DNA of 25,767 nt from a virus: IMG/VR virus record IMGVR_UViG_3300032167_000022. One strand, given 5' to 3'. The translations under genes were made by a program, and so were the position numbers. Below the pieces are notes generated by a model. The model was not told the DNA's origin. It searched no databases and worked only from the letters and a program-made list of their open reading frames with translations. Positions 1-9,747 of the stretch are shown in pieces (the first letter of the stretch is position 1; each line of letters opens with the position of its first letter).

Positions 1-839
1 GTATGAATAGGAAACAATTCATATTCAAGAAATGTTTTCTTACATTTTGCGCAATTTACCCATTCATCAGCAAAATCAAAATTTTTAGTTGCCATAGCCA
101 ATGTTGCTAATTTGCCATAAGAATACTGATTTGGAATATAATCATATGGGATAATTACATTATTAATATCTTTAAGCATATTAATAACACGATTAATAGT
201 TTTATACATTGGATGAATGTGTAAAGTTTCACTATAAGAATGTTCATCTTGATAACCGATAGAAAGATTTACACCAGCAATTTTCCAAGCAGGACAAATC
301 TCACTAATATCAGAAAAACTTCCCCAAGCTTCTACAAATCCAAAAGACTCAACATACTGGATAAATAACTGATTATCGCAATCATAAAATACGCAATCAA
401 CTACTCCTCTGCGGTCAAGCTCAATAATATATTTCATTTCCGCAAAAGGCTTTGGATGTTCAGTAATTAAAGCCGTAGCACCTTTACCACCGACCTCTTC
501 ATCCATGGTAAAAATAACGTGCGGCTTGTAGCCTTGACGAACAATTTTTAAAATAGCAAATACACCAGCCCTATCATCGGCACCAAGTCCCTGCGGACTC
601 CACAATACACCTTTGCGCGAATCATAATAAATATCAGAGGGCTGGGTGCTATAAACCGTATCTAAATGTGCTACCAGTGCGACCGGGATATCTCCAACCG
701 CATATACATATTCTTTTGTCGCAATGACTTGTTTATATTCTTTTTGAAGGAATGTCATCATAGTTTTCAATAGAACTTTATCAGACATTTTAAGTAAATG
801 CGTAATTAAACGATAATCTTGTTTATTTAATACTTCCAT
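1..839 (-). CDS. Zn-metallopeptidase, M20/M28/M42 (clan MH)-like, C-terminally truncated by window edge
   Basis: Hand translation from ATG at 839 (RBS GGTGAG) gives MEVLNKQDYRLITHLL...GDIPVALVAHLDTV...GLGADDRAGVFAIL. The HxD and GxxDDRxG motifs are typical of the peptidase clan. No other ORF of 60 aa or more lies in 1-840, consistent with an ORF running off the edge. Frame continuity to position 1 was not fully verified. Confidence 0.55.
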   Translation of the reverse strand, partial: MEVLNKQDYRLITHLLKMSDKVLLKTMMTFLQKEYKQVIATKEYVYAVGDIPVALVAHLDTVYSTQPSDIYYDSRKGVLWSPQGLGADDRAGVFAILKIVRQGYKPHVIFTMDEEVGGKGATALITEHPKPFAEMKYIIELDRRGVVDCVFYDCDNQLFIQYVESFGFVEAWGSFSDISEICPAWKIAGVNLSIGYQDEHSYSETLHIHPMYKTINRVINMLKDINNVIIPYDYIPNQYSYGKLATLAMATKNFDFADEWVNCAKCKKTFLEYELFPIH

Positions 840-876
840 ATACTCACCATTTTCATTATTTTTATTTTATATAAAT

Positions 877-905
877 ATTATATCATATTTTTTATATAAA
901 ATCAA
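877..905 (-). promoter_or_regulatory. sigma70-type promoter cassette (TTGATT-17-TGaTATAAT) upstream of the peptidase gene
   Basis: Reverse complement reads ttgatt tttatataaaaaatatga tataat; member of the repeated promoter family. Confidence 0.55.
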
Positions 906-1709
906 TTAATTTTCTTTCATTTTCTCTATATCCATATTCACTTTAACATTATGAATTTTTTTAACCAATTCTGCGTATTTAAACACAGTTTCACAATGAT
1001 GACAAGTATTATGCGACATACAGCGCTGGCCGCAATTCATTCTTCTAATTGCCAAGTCTTCTGGAATTAATCTATTATCAATATTAAAGTTTAAATTTGT
1101 AAATAAAAGATTTAAATTTCCAGGATATGATTCATTGTCTTTATAAATGTGGAATAATGTAGCTTCTTTTTCTATATCATCTCGTGTAAAAAATTCTAAA
1201 GTATCAACATATTTTTCATAATTCTTTACATCTTCTGGGCGTATCCAACTGCCATAAATACCATTTTCTTTTGGAATATAACTATCATAAGCAATGTTAG
1301 CAAATATTCTAATTGGGATATCAGTAATCTTTTTTACATTTTCCAAATCAAAAGATAATGGCGCCTCAAGGATAATATAGCACGGTTTTTGTGCTATTAA
1401 GCTACGCAATTCATAATAAGTAAATACAGGATAATCCCAATAGAAAGGAATATTGTAATTGCGGCAATATTCTGCTAAATACATATCTTTAATTGCTAAC
1501 TTAAAATTAGCAGTGTCCGCATATTTTTGGAATAATGACCATTCACAATCTCTATTGGAACAATTTTTTGGAATTTCTAATATAAAAGATTTATCTGGAT
1601 AATCTTCAATATAATTCTTTAATCTTGCGATGTCATTTAATCTTACTTTAATTTCATCGGCTTTTTCTAAAACCTGTCTTGACTATCTATTGGAAATACA
1701 ATATTTCAT
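906..1709 (-). CDS. hypothetical protein with C-terminal Cys/His cluster; in-frame TAG at codon 9 (1683-1685)
   Basis: ATG at 1709 has a strong RBS (GGAGAGTGAG). Reading MKYCISNR-TAG-SRQVLEKADEIKV... continues in the same frame into the listed ORF 906..1484. The downstream ATG at 1484 has no SD. The C-terminus carries CGQRCMSHNTCHHCE. Confidence 0.5.
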
Positions 1710-1731
1710 AGTTCTCACTCTCCTTTATTAT

Positions 1732-1760
1732 ATTATACACTATATTTTTCTTTTTGTCAA
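1732..1760 (-). promoter_or_regulatory. promoter cassette TTGACA-17-TATAAT
   Basis: tgtcaa at 1755-1760 and attata at 1732-1737 on plus, i.e. a consensus -35/-10 on the minus strand. Confidence 0.65.
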
Positions 1761-1775
1761 ATTTTATTATAAAAC

Positions 1776-1808
1776 AAAAAAGCCCTTGCGGGCTTAATTG
1801 TTTTATTT
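1776..1808. terminator. bidirectional rho-independent terminator
   Basis: Hairpin aagcccttgcgggctt flanked by A-run and T-run; lies 3' of the 1810..2247 gene. Confidence 0.7.
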
Positions 1809-1809
1809 A

Positions 1810-2247
1810 TTACTGCTCAGTGGGAGTTTCGCCTTCAACTGCGATACGATAAGCCATAATACGTCTGGACTTACCATCGCCATCCTTAACAGAAATTTCT
1901 TCCTTCTCAGCAAAACCTGCCTTAACAAGCTGGCTCAGACGATAAGAAACCTTGCTTACAGTAATATCCTCACCTTCAATGCGAGCTGCGATATCTGCGA
2001 TAGCCTCAAACTCGTTAGTAAGAACTTCCTTAATTACCGCAGTCAGCGGGTCCTCAGTCTTCTTCTTTGCCGCGGTCTCCTTAGCCTTGGCAGCCTTCTT
2101 ATCAAGCAACGCAATCTCGTTATCGCAGAATTCAACTACCATTTCATCGGTTACACCCTCTGCGAAATCCTCAATGTGCATGTTGCCATCCAGAGCCATA
2201 GCCTTGAAAGCCTCAAAGAAATCTCTCTTAACAATCTTCTTTTCCAT
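1810..2247 (-). CDS. winged-helix-like DNA-binding protein (paralog family A, member 1)
   Basis: 145 aa ORF with RBS AAGGT; its C-terminal ...ITVSKVSYRLSQLVKAGFAEKEEI resembles the C-terminal regions of the 15583 and 19693 gene products. GC-richer than the surrounding sequence. Confidence 0.75.
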   Translation of the reverse strand: MEKKIVKRDFFEAFKAMALDGNMHIEDFAEGVTDEMVVEFCDNEIALLDKKAAKAKETAAKKKTEDPLTAVIKEVLTNEFEAIADIAARIEGEDITVSKVSYRLSQLVKAGFAEKEEISVKDGDGKSRRIMAYRIAVEGETPTEQ

Positions 2248-2302
2248 AATTAAATACCTTAACCTTTCATAATTTATATTGTTTTTTTATTTTGTATATA
2301 TA

Positions 2303-2330
2303 TTATATAATATTTTTTTAAAAAAGTCAA
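2303..2330 (-). promoter_or_regulatory. promoter cassette TTGACT-16-TATAAT
   Basis: agtcaa at 2325-2330 and attata at 2303-2308 on plus. Confidence 0.65.
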
Positions 2331-2337
2331 ATATGTT

Positions 2338-3912
2338 TTAATAGTTTACAATAAAATCTTTATTATATTTGATAAATTCTTCTTTATCATCATATCCAAT
2401 TTCATTTAAAACAGCTAAACTCAAATCATCTAATAAAACATATTCAACACTACGCCAATGATTTATTTTCTTCTTATGAATTGTATATTTATCATAACAA
2501 TTATAACAAAGAGTAACATACTGTGCAGTAAGTTTATCATGGTCAATTGCGATTTTTACAACTACCATATTGTCAGAGAAATGACAATCGCCGCATTCAT
2601 CACAACTACAAGTGTTATCATAGCAGCAACTACAAACAATTTCTCCATCTACTTCATACCATTCATCATTTGAGTAAATTGTTTCTCCACAATGACTACA
2701 AATTCTAACATTATTACAGTCATCACAAAGTAAATTGTAATTTTCAGAAAAATGTGCTACATCCTTGCCGCAACACATACAGATTAATTCACCAGAATAG
2801 GAAGTAGTAATATCTGTATCGTGAATATTTTTATTTAAATAAACATAATGCAGACAAGTGTAAAAATCATTATACATATTATTAGTATAAAAATGAAGAT
2901 TTACTCTATGACCAGTTTCCGCAATAATATTATCATCTTTCCATGAACTAAATTGACATTTTTTAGAAGAATATGCGTCTGCCCCAGCAATTTCTTTAAG
3001 CCAATCAAGACAAGTAAAAGTTAATGATTCATTCGCATAAGGATATGGTTTTACACTACAAATCATATTTTCATTAACAATGAAAAGTTCTCTCCACTTT
3101 TTATTAGACCAGAGATATTCATCAGAAGAATAGGTAAATGTCATAGGAGTACTTGCGGCAAGATATGCTACAACTACCATCGGAGAATTCATCATTTCAA
3201 TGGTGCCGCATCTATAATCTCCCTTATTATCCCAGCTCATACAACTTTCCCAATTACTATCATTATCACTCATGGTCATATAATCAAGAGGATGAATAGA
3301 AAGACAAAGCTTTCCTTTAACTTCTTTCTGGTTAAGAATCATAGAGTGCGCAATACGGAATTCTTCATAATTAGGAAGATTATAAGCTGTCGCAATCTTA
3401 CCAAGCATTTTACTAACTTTACAGCCAGGATTCATCTGAATAAATCTTCCATCAGGAGTAGGAATATTAAAGTTTTTATCACCATTCCAAGTATTAACAG
3501 CAAGATTATCAGACCACATCAATTCACGCACAACATCATACTCCTTAAGAGGACAAGTTGTTTCAAAATCAGAATAACGCCATTTATAAAATAATTCATT
3601 AAATGCTTGAGTAAAGTTTTTTATTTCTACAGTAGGATTCTCAAACATTACATTTTCAACTTCTTCAATAAGCATATCATAAGATTTCTCAAATTTAATT
3701 TCTTTTTCAAGAATTAATTTGTTACCAAATTTTTCAAATAGCCATTGTTTATTATGGTTCCAATAACGAAGAAGATGAACCATATCACAAATTTCTTTTA
3801 CTTCATCATCAAAAGCATTTTCCTGAATGCGGAAATACATCATATCAATTTCATTAGTTGTAAGTGATTCGTAAGGATAAGAATTCATATATCTCACACT
3901 TTCTTTTCTCAT
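2338..3912 (-). CDS. large hypothetical protein with C-terminal multi-CxxC region
   Basis: 524 aa ORF with a TAA stop. Its C-terminal third has many CxxC/CC motifs (ICMCCG...CDDCNN...CSHCGE...CSCC...CDECGDCH...CYNCYDKY), suggesting zinc binding. Confidence 0.8.
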   Translation of the reverse strand: MRKESVRYMNSYPYESLTTNEIDMMYFRIQENAFDDEVKEICDMVHLLRYWNHNKQWLFEKFGNKLILEKEIKFEKSYDMLIEEVENVMFENPTVEIKNFTQAFNELFYKWRYSDFETTCPLKEYDVVRELMWSDNLAVNTWNGDKNFNIPTPDGRFIQMNPGCKVSKMLGKIATAYNLPNYEEFRIAHSMILNQKEVKGKLCLSIHPLDYMTMSDNDSNWESCMSWDNKGDYRCGTIEMMNSPMVVVAYLAASTPMTFTYSSDEYLWSNKKWRELFIVNENMICSVKPYPYANESLTFTCLDWLKEIAGADAYSSKKCQFSSWKDDNIIAETGHRVNLHFYTNNMYNDFYTCLHYVYLNKNIHDTDITTSYSGELICMCCGKDVAHFSENYNLLCDDCNNVRICSHCGETIYSNDEWYEVDGEIVCSCCYDNTCSCDECGDCHFSDNMVVVKIAIDHDKLTAQYVTLCYNCYDKYTIHKKKINHWRSVEYVLLDDLSLAVLNEIGYDDKEEFIKYNKDFIVNY

Positions 3913-3930
3913 TTTTTATTTTCTATAAAT

Positions 3931-3959
3931 ATTATATCATATTTTTTTATAAAAATCAA
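3931..3959 (-). promoter_or_regulatory. promoter cassette TTGATT-17-TGaTATAAT
   Basis: aatcaa at 3954-3959 and attata at 3931-3936, then tca. Confidence 0.6.
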
Positions 3960-3995
3960 GTAAGCCCTTATGAATTACTCATAAGGGCTTATTTT

Positions 3996-5180
3996 TTAGT
4001 TATTGGAAGGAGGAGTCATTACATTAACAGGAATAGGAGTCCGATTCATCATTGCGAACAAAGGAAGCATATCCTTCATATCATTCTTACCACTCATAAA
4101 CGCATACATAAACATGGGATTATTCGTAAGATTGAAATTACTATTCATCATCATCAGAGGGAATACCTTTTCTACGCTTGCGTCATCATCCATCAGAAGG
4201 AAAGGAAGCATATTACCAAACGGATTGTCTGCGGTTGCGGTGTTATTAAGATTAAACAGCGAGACTACCTGCGTTACGAAATCAAAACCGAACGGCGAGC
4301 GCACAGGCAGAATCATCTTTTCCTCACCGTTGATTACATCAATAACAAGCAGCTTCTTGTTATTTTCAACAGCTTCCTTAACAAACATGGGCTTCCGCTG
4401 ATGAATAATTACTGCGCCAGGAATTACATCCTTAATCGCAACCGGCATCTTCCACATCCACTTGCCGCCATCAAAATTCAGAATATCCACATCCACAATA
4501 TCACCAGTCTGCTGGTTATAAGAAACCCAATTACCAGCAGCATTCTTTACGGCAAGACCATAGAGAGACATACGGACATTATCATTTTCGCAAGAACCAA
4601 AATCAAAATTAAAACCCTTCATCATTGTTTTATTCTCCTTATCATTTTCTTTATCAAGATTATAATTATCTACATCAAGTTTTGTCGCATAAAGATTATC
4701 AATGTCATCTTTAACTACATCAATACGTTTACTCAAACAATCAATTGATTCACTTAAAGATTGTGCGGAAGTTCTATAATTTAGCATTTCATCAGTAGTC
4801 ATTTTCATGCAATAATCAGTTAATTCCCCAAGAGCATTAACAGCTCCACCAGTTATATTAACTTTTTCAGGTTCAGGCATATCTAATTTTATAGTTTTAA
4901 AATATTGGTCAAATAAAAATTCACCAAATGAATTATCATCAATCCTAAAATAATATTCGTCAAGAAAATTTTCTTCATGGACACAAATTTCAGGACCAAG
5001 TAATTCAATATAAATTAAACCTTCAAATTCTGATAAATTACGCCATTTATTATAACCCAATTTATCATACTTTTTATCTTTTACTTCTTTGTTAAAAAGA
5101 GTTAATACAACATTAACCCACTCATTATTTGAAAAACATTCTATCTTATTCTTTTGTGCTACAATAGTTTCATTTGACAT
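3996..5180 (-). CDS. hypothetical protein, Met-rich C-terminus
   Basis: 394 aa ORF with RBS GAGAGGAAGT 7 nt before the ATG and a TAA stop. Confidence 0.8.
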   Translation of the reverse strand: MSNETIVAQKNKIECFSNNEWVNVVLTLFNKEVKDKKYDKLGYNKWRNLSEFEGLIYIELLGPEICVHEENFLDEYYFRIDDNSFGEFLFDQYFKTIKLDMPEPEKVNITGGAVNALGELTDYCMKMTTDEMLNYRTSAQSLSESIDCLSKRIDVVKDDIDNLYATKLDVDNYNLDKENDKENKTMMKGFNFDFGSCENDNVRMSLYGLAVKNAAGNWVSYNQQTGDIVDVDILNFDGGKWMWKMPVAIKDVIPGAVIIHQRKPMFVKEAVENNKKLLVIDVINGEEKMILPVRSPFGFDFVTQVVSLFNLNNTATADNPFGNMLPFLLMDDDASVEKVFPLMMMNSNFNLTNNPMFMYAFMSGKNDMKDMLPLFAMMNRTPIPVNVMTPPSNN

Positions 5181-5335
5181 CGCTTACTTACTTCCTCTCT
5201 AATATAGTCCAATTCAGCAGGAGAAAAATCTTCTATAATACTATAAGTACCATTTTCAATTATCTGCTGAACGACCATATCTAATTTTTCTTTTCTATCC
5301 ATCAAAAAAAGAGGCAAATATAAATTATCAAACAT
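5159..5335 (-). CDS. possible small coupled ORF (about 58 aa)
   Basis: Its ATG lies 2 nt after the TAA of the upstream gene (TAAtATG). It reads MFDNLYLPLFLMDRKEKLDMVVQQIIENGTYSIIEDFSPAELDYIREEVSKRCQMKLL and ends at a TAG overlapping the next gene start. It has no SD of its own. Confidence 0.3.
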   Translation of the reverse strand: MFDNLYLPLFLMDRKEKLDMVVQQIIENGTYSIIEDFSPAELDYIREEVSKRCQMKLL

Positions 5336-5336
5336 A

Positions 5337-5606
5337 TTATTTAGTTATATCAACGAGAATAAAATCTCTATCATAAAATGTATCTTCAAGAAAATTATAA
5401 ATTATACGTCTTTGTTCATTATCATAATTTTCCGTATAAAGACTTGTAATTGTGTTTTCATCAAACCATAACTGTTTATAAGGTGCTCTTGGGTCATCAA
5501 GATGGAAATCAAACAATTTACAAATATCTACTTCAAGATTACACTGAATTTTTAATTCTTTTTCAAGCGTACTCAAATTGACTACAAATTCAGTATGATA
5601 TTCCAT
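5337..5606 (-). CDS. hypothetical protein
   Basis: 89 aa ORF, first gene after the promoter at 5641; TAA stop. Confidence 0.7.
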   Translation of the reverse strand: MEYHTEFVVNLSTLEKELKIQCNLEVDICKLFDFHLDDPRAPYKQLWFDENTITSLYTENYDNEQRRIIYNFLEDTFYDRDFILVDITK

Positions 5607-5640
5607 ATTTTATTTTCTCCTCTTTTGATTTTCTATATAT

Positions 5641-5669
5641 ATTATATCATATTTTTTATAAAAAATCAA
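5641..5669 (-). promoter_or_regulatory. promoter cassette TTGATT-17-TGaTATAAT
   Basis: aatcaa at 5664-5669 and attata at 5641-5646, then tca. Confidence 0.6.
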
Positions 5670-5670
5670 A

Positions 5671-6411
5671 TTAAGATTTTATTTCAGAACATCTTGTAAG
5701 AATTGTCTGCGGCTTTCCTTTATAGGTAGAATGCGCTTTTACTGTTCCGCGGATTTTTCTAATTGTACCCGGTTCCCAGCTCTTCGCATTAGTCATCCAA
5801 GTATATTGATTGCCGCAAGCATCTTCAAAAGTATGTAATGTACCCACACCATAACTGTTTTCAAGTTTAATAGCACTAATTACAGTAAGAGTAAGGTCTA
5901 ATCTTTCTCCAATAGAACCAACATGTGAGGATGAATTGTCTGCGGGGTAGCGTGCCGCATCTACTGCCGCAATTACTTTGTCTTCTGGCTTTAATTTTCC
6001 ATCATCATTACCAACTTCTTCCCATTTTAATTTAATGACATTAACTTCTGTTGGAAGATTATCGGGGAGAGTTTCAGTGCCCGGAAAATACCACCCCCAA
6101 AAACGGGTACATCTGCGGCAATACATACGAAACCAATCAAAAAGCTCATCTTCCTCATTAATATCTTTATCAAAGATATAGATAAATCCATTCGCAAATC
6201 CAAGAACATCTTTTTGCGGTTTGTAATAAATATCATGAACTTTTACAGTTTCTTTCTCTTCTGGATAAAGTTTATAATATTCATCTTCTGAATACCAGCG
6301 CACTTGTCGTTCGGTCTTTGTTTTAGGATTGCGCACGCGCACATACATCTTTTTACTGATTTCATAAGGTTCGCATAAAATTTCAAAATCTTTAAAACTT
6401 TTAGCCACCAT
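5671..6411 (-). CDS. hypothetical protein
   Basis: 246 aa ORF; its start overlaps the upstream stop (TAATG). Confidence 0.8.
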   Translation of the reverse strand: MVAKSFKDFEILCEPYEISKKMYVRVRNPKTKTERQVRWYSEDEYYKLYPEEKETVKVHDIYYKPQKDVLGFANGFIYIFDKDINEEDELFDWFRMYCRRCTRFWGWYFPGTETLPDNLPTEVNVIKLKWEEVGNDDGKLKPEDKVIAAVDAARYPADNSSSHVGSIGERLDLTLTVISAIKLENSYGVGTLHTFEDACGNQYTWMTNAKSWEPGTIRKIRGTVKAHSTYKGKPQTILTRCSEIKS

Positions 6412-6704
6412 TAAAAGATATCATCTCCCTTTGCTTCTTCTACTTTATCGGTAATGCTGGTGAAATTAAGATTATTCAGACAAACAGTTAAATGAACGCC
6501 ATAATCATGATTGTATCCATTAACATAGAATTTAGTATCAGGAAATTCATTAAAAAGTGTAGATACTGCGCAATGAATTTCATAATAAAGCTGTTCTTTG
6601 CGTGCATCTTCACGAGATTCTAATTCATTCTGAAGAGCATCAATCATAACCTTTAAGTCTTCAGACTTATATTCAGCGATATTATTAAGGTTAATAGTAT
6701 TCAT
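6411..6704 (-). CDS. hypothetical protein
   Basis: 97 aa ORF, TAA stop, tightly packed in an operon. Confidence 0.7.
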   Translation of the reverse strand: MNTINLNNIAEYKSEDLKVMIDALQNELESREDARKEQLYYEIHCAVSTLFNEFPDTKFYVNGYNHDYGVHLTVCLNNLNFTSITDKVEEAKGDDIF

Positions 6705-6717
6705 ATTATTCTCCTTT

Positions 6718-7032
6718 TTAATAATCAGTAAATTTAAATCTCATTAAATAGAAATTAAATTCAACATTTCCTTTAAAAATTCTATAAAAATCTTCTTTTA
6801 AATCTTTTTCATCTTCTGTAGATAAATTGGTATAATTGCTCCAAGAAATTATATCATATTTATAGCTACATTCAAGTAAAATGCCGAAGAATACAGTACC
6901 ATCATACATTTCATAACAAAATCTTTTACACGCACGCATTTCTCGTTGTGTTTCAAGGCTTAATGATTCTATATCTTCAGCAGTAAAAATATATCCATAT
7001 CCGATTCTTGCGTCTACATCATAAGTATTCAT
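6718..7032 (-). CDS. hypothetical protein
   Basis: 104 aa ORF. Confidence 0.7.
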   Translation of the reverse strand: MNTYDVDARIGYGYIFTAEDIESLSLETQREMRACKRFCYEMYDGTVFFGILLECSYKYDIISWSNYTNLSTEDEKDLKEDFYRIFKGNVEFNFYLMRFKFTDY

Positions 7033-7043
7033 ATTATTTTCCT

Positions 7044-7316
7044 TTAGGCGCGCACAAGCCGCACAATATCATATTCTACATCGTAAGCAATTACAAGTCC
7101 AGTAGCATTGATACAGTTATCACCAGCTTTGAGATATACAATATCTTTAGCAATAGACATATGCGCGCACTCTTCTTCGCCCATAAATGACGAATGGATA
7201 ATTGATTTTACGAACGCTACAGCAGACTCATAGTCATCAAATTCAAGAATGGAATCACCCCATCGTAAAAGGTGGAAATTACTTGTATAAATATGCCATT
7301 TACGCATTTTTATCAT
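7044..7316 (-). CDS. hypothetical protein
   Basis: 90 aa ORF; first gene downstream of the promoter at 7342. Confidence 0.7.
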   Translation of the reverse strand: MIKMRKWHIYTSNFHLLRWGDSILEFDDYESAVAFVKSIIHSSFMGEEECAHMSIAKDIVYLKAGDNCINATGLVIAYDVEYDIVRLVRA

Positions 7317-7341
7317 TTCCTTTCTTTATTTTTCTATAAAT

Positions 7342-7370
7342 ATTATATCATATTTTTTTATAAAAATCAA
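7342..7370 (-). promoter_or_regulatory. promoter cassette TTGATT-17-TGaTATAAT
   Basis: aatcaa at 7365-7370 and attata at 7342-7347, then tca. Confidence 0.6.
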
Positions 7371-7405
7371 AAATCCCTCATACTTTCTTGTATGAGGGAT
7401 TAATA
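7366..7405. terminator. rho-independent terminator (bidirectional)
   Basis: Hairpin aaatccctcatac-tttctt-gtatgagggatt with T-runs on both sides. Confidence 0.7.
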
Positions 7406-7406
7406 T

Positions 7407-7469
7407 TTAGATATCGGTCCATACGTCAAAGAACATGAATGCTATAAGGATAGCCGCCACAACAGACAT
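7407..7469 (-). CDS. putative 20-aa hydrophobic peptide
   Basis: Perfect SD GGAGG 7 nt before the ATG; reads MSVVAAILIAFMFFDVWTDI then TAA. It sits between a membrane-protein gene and a terminator. Confidence 0.35.
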   Translation of the reverse strand: MSVVAAILIAFMFFDVWTDI

Positions 7470-7486
7470 AGTTATGCCTCCGCAAA

Positions 7487-7870
7487 TTAATCAAGTCCAA
7501 TAGGCTTAATATCAAGAACACGTTCGGGGATAATAGAAAAGAAACCATACATTTTGCGTCTAGCCTGATAATCACACAGTTTTTTATTTGCGGATATTAC
7601 ATCTGCGACATTGTAAATGTCGGGGTACCAGTTATCATTTTCCTGAATATTATGATATACTTCTTGCTGTAATTCAAAACTGGTTTCAAATAGATTATAA
7701 TCAATACTGGTATCTGCCACACTAACAAGCGCAATTACACCTGCCGCAGTTAAAATAAGACCAACTATCATGACAATATATTCCCCTTTAAAATCATTTT
7801 TAAAGCTGATTACAAGTAAAAAAATGCCAATTATAAGTCCAATAAAACCAAAAAGAAACCAAAAAGTCAT
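7487..7870 (-). CDS. membrane protein (N-terminal TM helices)
   Basis: 127 aa ORF with RBS AAAGGAGATAATATAA before the ATG and a hydrophobic N-terminus MTFWFLFGFIGLIIGIFLLVISF. Confidence 0.75.
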   Translation of the reverse strand: MTFWFLFGFIGLIIGIFLLVISFKNDFKGEYIVMIVGLILTAAGVIALVSVADTSIDYNLFETSFELQQEVYHNIQENDNWYPDIYNVADVISANKKLCDYQARRKMYGFFSIIPERVLDIKPIGLD

Positions 7871-7950
7871 TTATATTATCTCCTTTAATTGATTTTAAAT
7901 AAATTTTATGTTATAATTATATTACTTAAATTAGAAAGGAATTTTTATGA

Positions 7951-8226
7951 TTATATTTTTTCTACATGGTATTGTATTGTGGAGTATATTACTTCTCTGT
8001 AATAATTATCCACATCCTCATCAGTTATTTCTTCTTCGCCTGAATGAATTAATTCCTCACGACACTCTTCCCAAGATAGATAACCGTTGCCGCCGCAATT
8101 ACTTTCATAATCCTCAATGGCTCGTTTCTCCGCGTAATCAAGTGCGGCGGCCGGTGTCTCAAATTCCAATTCCTCTTGGAATTCTGCCTAATGAGTTCCC
8201 GCATAATAGATGTTAAATTTACTCAT
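7951..8226 (-). CDS. hypothetical acidic protein; in-frame TAG at codon 13 (8188-8190)
   Basis: ATG at 8226 overlaps the upstream stop (ATGAGTAA). Reads MSKFNIYYAGTH-TAG-AEFQEELEFETPAAALDYAEKR... The ORF track only found the portion after the TAG, starting at TTG 8169. Confidence 0.5.
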
Positions 8227-8464
8227 TTAATTTCCTCGCTACTATTGGTTCAATATAAATATCTTTTTCCTCTAAGATTTGAATTAATTTTTGTAAATCT
8301 TCTTTGCCCATATTATATTCTGAAGTTTTTCCACTCCTATAATAGAATGTTACTGTAGGTCTTTTCTTACTATCACAAGCATTACTGATATTAACTTGTT
8401 CTACAAAATTAAGATTAATATAATCTACGCGGTCAGAAATTACAAGTTTAAAAAAATTATTCAT
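8219..8464 (-). CDS. hypothetical protein
   Basis: 81 aa ORF with a TAA stop; overlaps neighbours at both ends. Confidence 0.7.
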   Translation of the reverse strand: MNNFFKLVISDRVDYINLNFVEQVNISNACDSKKRPTVTFYYRSGKTSEYNMGKEDLQKLIQILEEKDIYIEPIVARKLNE

Positions 8465-8798
8465 TTTCTATTATCTCCTGTTTTACACAATCACGAATAA
8501 TACGTTTGCTTAAAGAAGGGTCTTTCTTCCATAAGTCAGACCACGCAATCCAATCGTATTGATTGGTTACGATGCCGGTAATATCATAAATTTCATTATC
8601 AATTTTTGTGGCGAAATGATTTTCTACTTCGTCATACATAATTTCACATTGGACATTTGGTTCGGCAGAGAAACGTCCATGGAGAATATAAGCGAACCAG
8701 AAGCAATTGCCGCAAGTGAAGCATTCAATTACTTGTTTGCGGTCGCCAGCCTATGTGAAATGGTCAATGAAGTCTAAGACACGATTGGGGTCAATCAT
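8457..8798 (-). CDS. hypothetical CxxC-containing protein; in-frame TAG at codon 16 (8751-8753)
   Basis: ATG at 8798 has SD AGGAGGAAG and an ATG..TGA overlap with the upstream gene. Reads MIDPNRVLDFIDHFT-TAG-AGDRKQVIECFTCGNCFWF...CEIMYDEVENHF, in frame with the listed ORF 8457..8639. There is no TAA or TGA in the extension. Confidence 0.55.
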
Positions 8799-9258
8799 TA
8801 GTTTCTTCCTCCTGGATAATAGATTTGTGGTTCTCACATGAATTTAATTGTCTACGGCAACCATTTTCTTTATCGTAACAAGGACAACCTTTTTCACAGG
8901 TAATTTGGATGCGCAACGGGTTTTTTACTTGTTGTTGAATTACCATGTTTCCCTGACGGATTTGTTGTTGAATTACTTTCAGCACTGGAGATGGGTCGCT
9001 TTCAAAAAGACAAGTTGAAGAATTGCGGCAACCAGCGCAAGTAGATAAGGCTAGTCGGCATTCATCACAGATTGCGCCTCCAGGAGTTAGGAAAATTGGT
9101 AAAGTTAAAATGCGGTGACATTGCGCGCAGGTGAAAGGTTCGGCATTATGCCGAGAACAATAATCAATTTCTGGGTTTATCTAATGCCCGAGCAACTGAC
9201 ATACAGGTTGCTAGGGGTCTCGGAAACCGCAAGTTTTACAATATTTAATTTCTTTCAT
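8791..9258 (-). CDS. Cys-rich zinc-finger-like protein; in-frame TAGs at 9211-9213 and 9181-9183
   Basis: From the ATG at 9258 it reads MKEIKYCKTCGFRDP-TAG-QPVCQLLGH-TAG-INPEIDYCSRHNAEPFTCAQCHRIL...CDECRL..CAGC..., continuous with the listed ORF 8791..8985. It has multiple CxxC pairs and no TAA or TGA for about 155 codons; it ends with a TGA stop. Confidence 0.55.
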
Positions 9259-9270
9259 ATTACGATACTT

Positions 9271-9473
9271 TTATTCAATTACAACTTTAGCTATTACAGA
9301 TTCTACAATTTCTCCAGTTTGAAAATGTCTTAATTCGCCGGTTTTAATATTTACAGCATTGGGTTCTTCACAATTAATTTTCATAAAACATTCATCGCCG
9401 CATCTAAAAACACTTCCGCAACGAACTCTATATACAGTCGTCATAGGTTTTGTATTATTATAAACAATATTCA
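9271..9473 (-). CDS. hypothetical protein
   Basis: 67 aa ORF; TAATG overlap with the upstream gene. Confidence 0.65.
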
Positions 9474-9686
9474 TTATTTAACTACTACCTCCACATCTAC
9501 TTTTTCTACTGCTTCATAAGTATTAATCCATAATGTATGGCCACTCTCAAGAGAAACTGCGTCGCCCGAATTTGAGCCTAACTTATATAATTTTAGATAA
9601 AGATTACCATGATAGAGGAAAGCATCTCCGGGGTTAAGTTCATTAAAAGACATGACGAAATATTTTTGACTATAAGTAATTTTCAT
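9474..9686 (-). CDS. hypothetical protein
   Basis: 70 aa ORF with RBS AAGGAGA 8 nt before the ATG; first gene after the promoter at 9719. Confidence 0.7.
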   Translation of the reverse strand: MKITYSQKYFVMSFNELNPGDAFLYHGNLYLKLYKLGSNSGDAVSLESGHTLWINTYEAVEKVDVEVVVK

Positions 9687-9718
9687 TATTTTATCTCCTT
9701 TTTTTATTTTGTATATAT

Positions 9719-9747
9719 ATTATATCATATTTTTTTATAAATGTCAA
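9719..9747 (-). promoter_or_regulatory. promoter cassette TTGACA-17-TGaTATAAT
   Basis: tgtcaa at 9742-9747 and attata at 9719-9724, then tca. Confidence 0.7.

Noticed and set aside
1798-2272. Plus-strand ORFs 1798..2253 and 1952..2272
   Set aside because: Antisense shadows of the GC-richer minus-strand gene 1810..2247. No RBS, and low-complexity translation.
3864-4748. Plus-strand ORFs 3864..4748 and 4003..4401
   Set aside because: They overlap the well-supported minus-strand gene 3996..5180. Their translations are K/I-rich and repetitive, and they lack an RBS.
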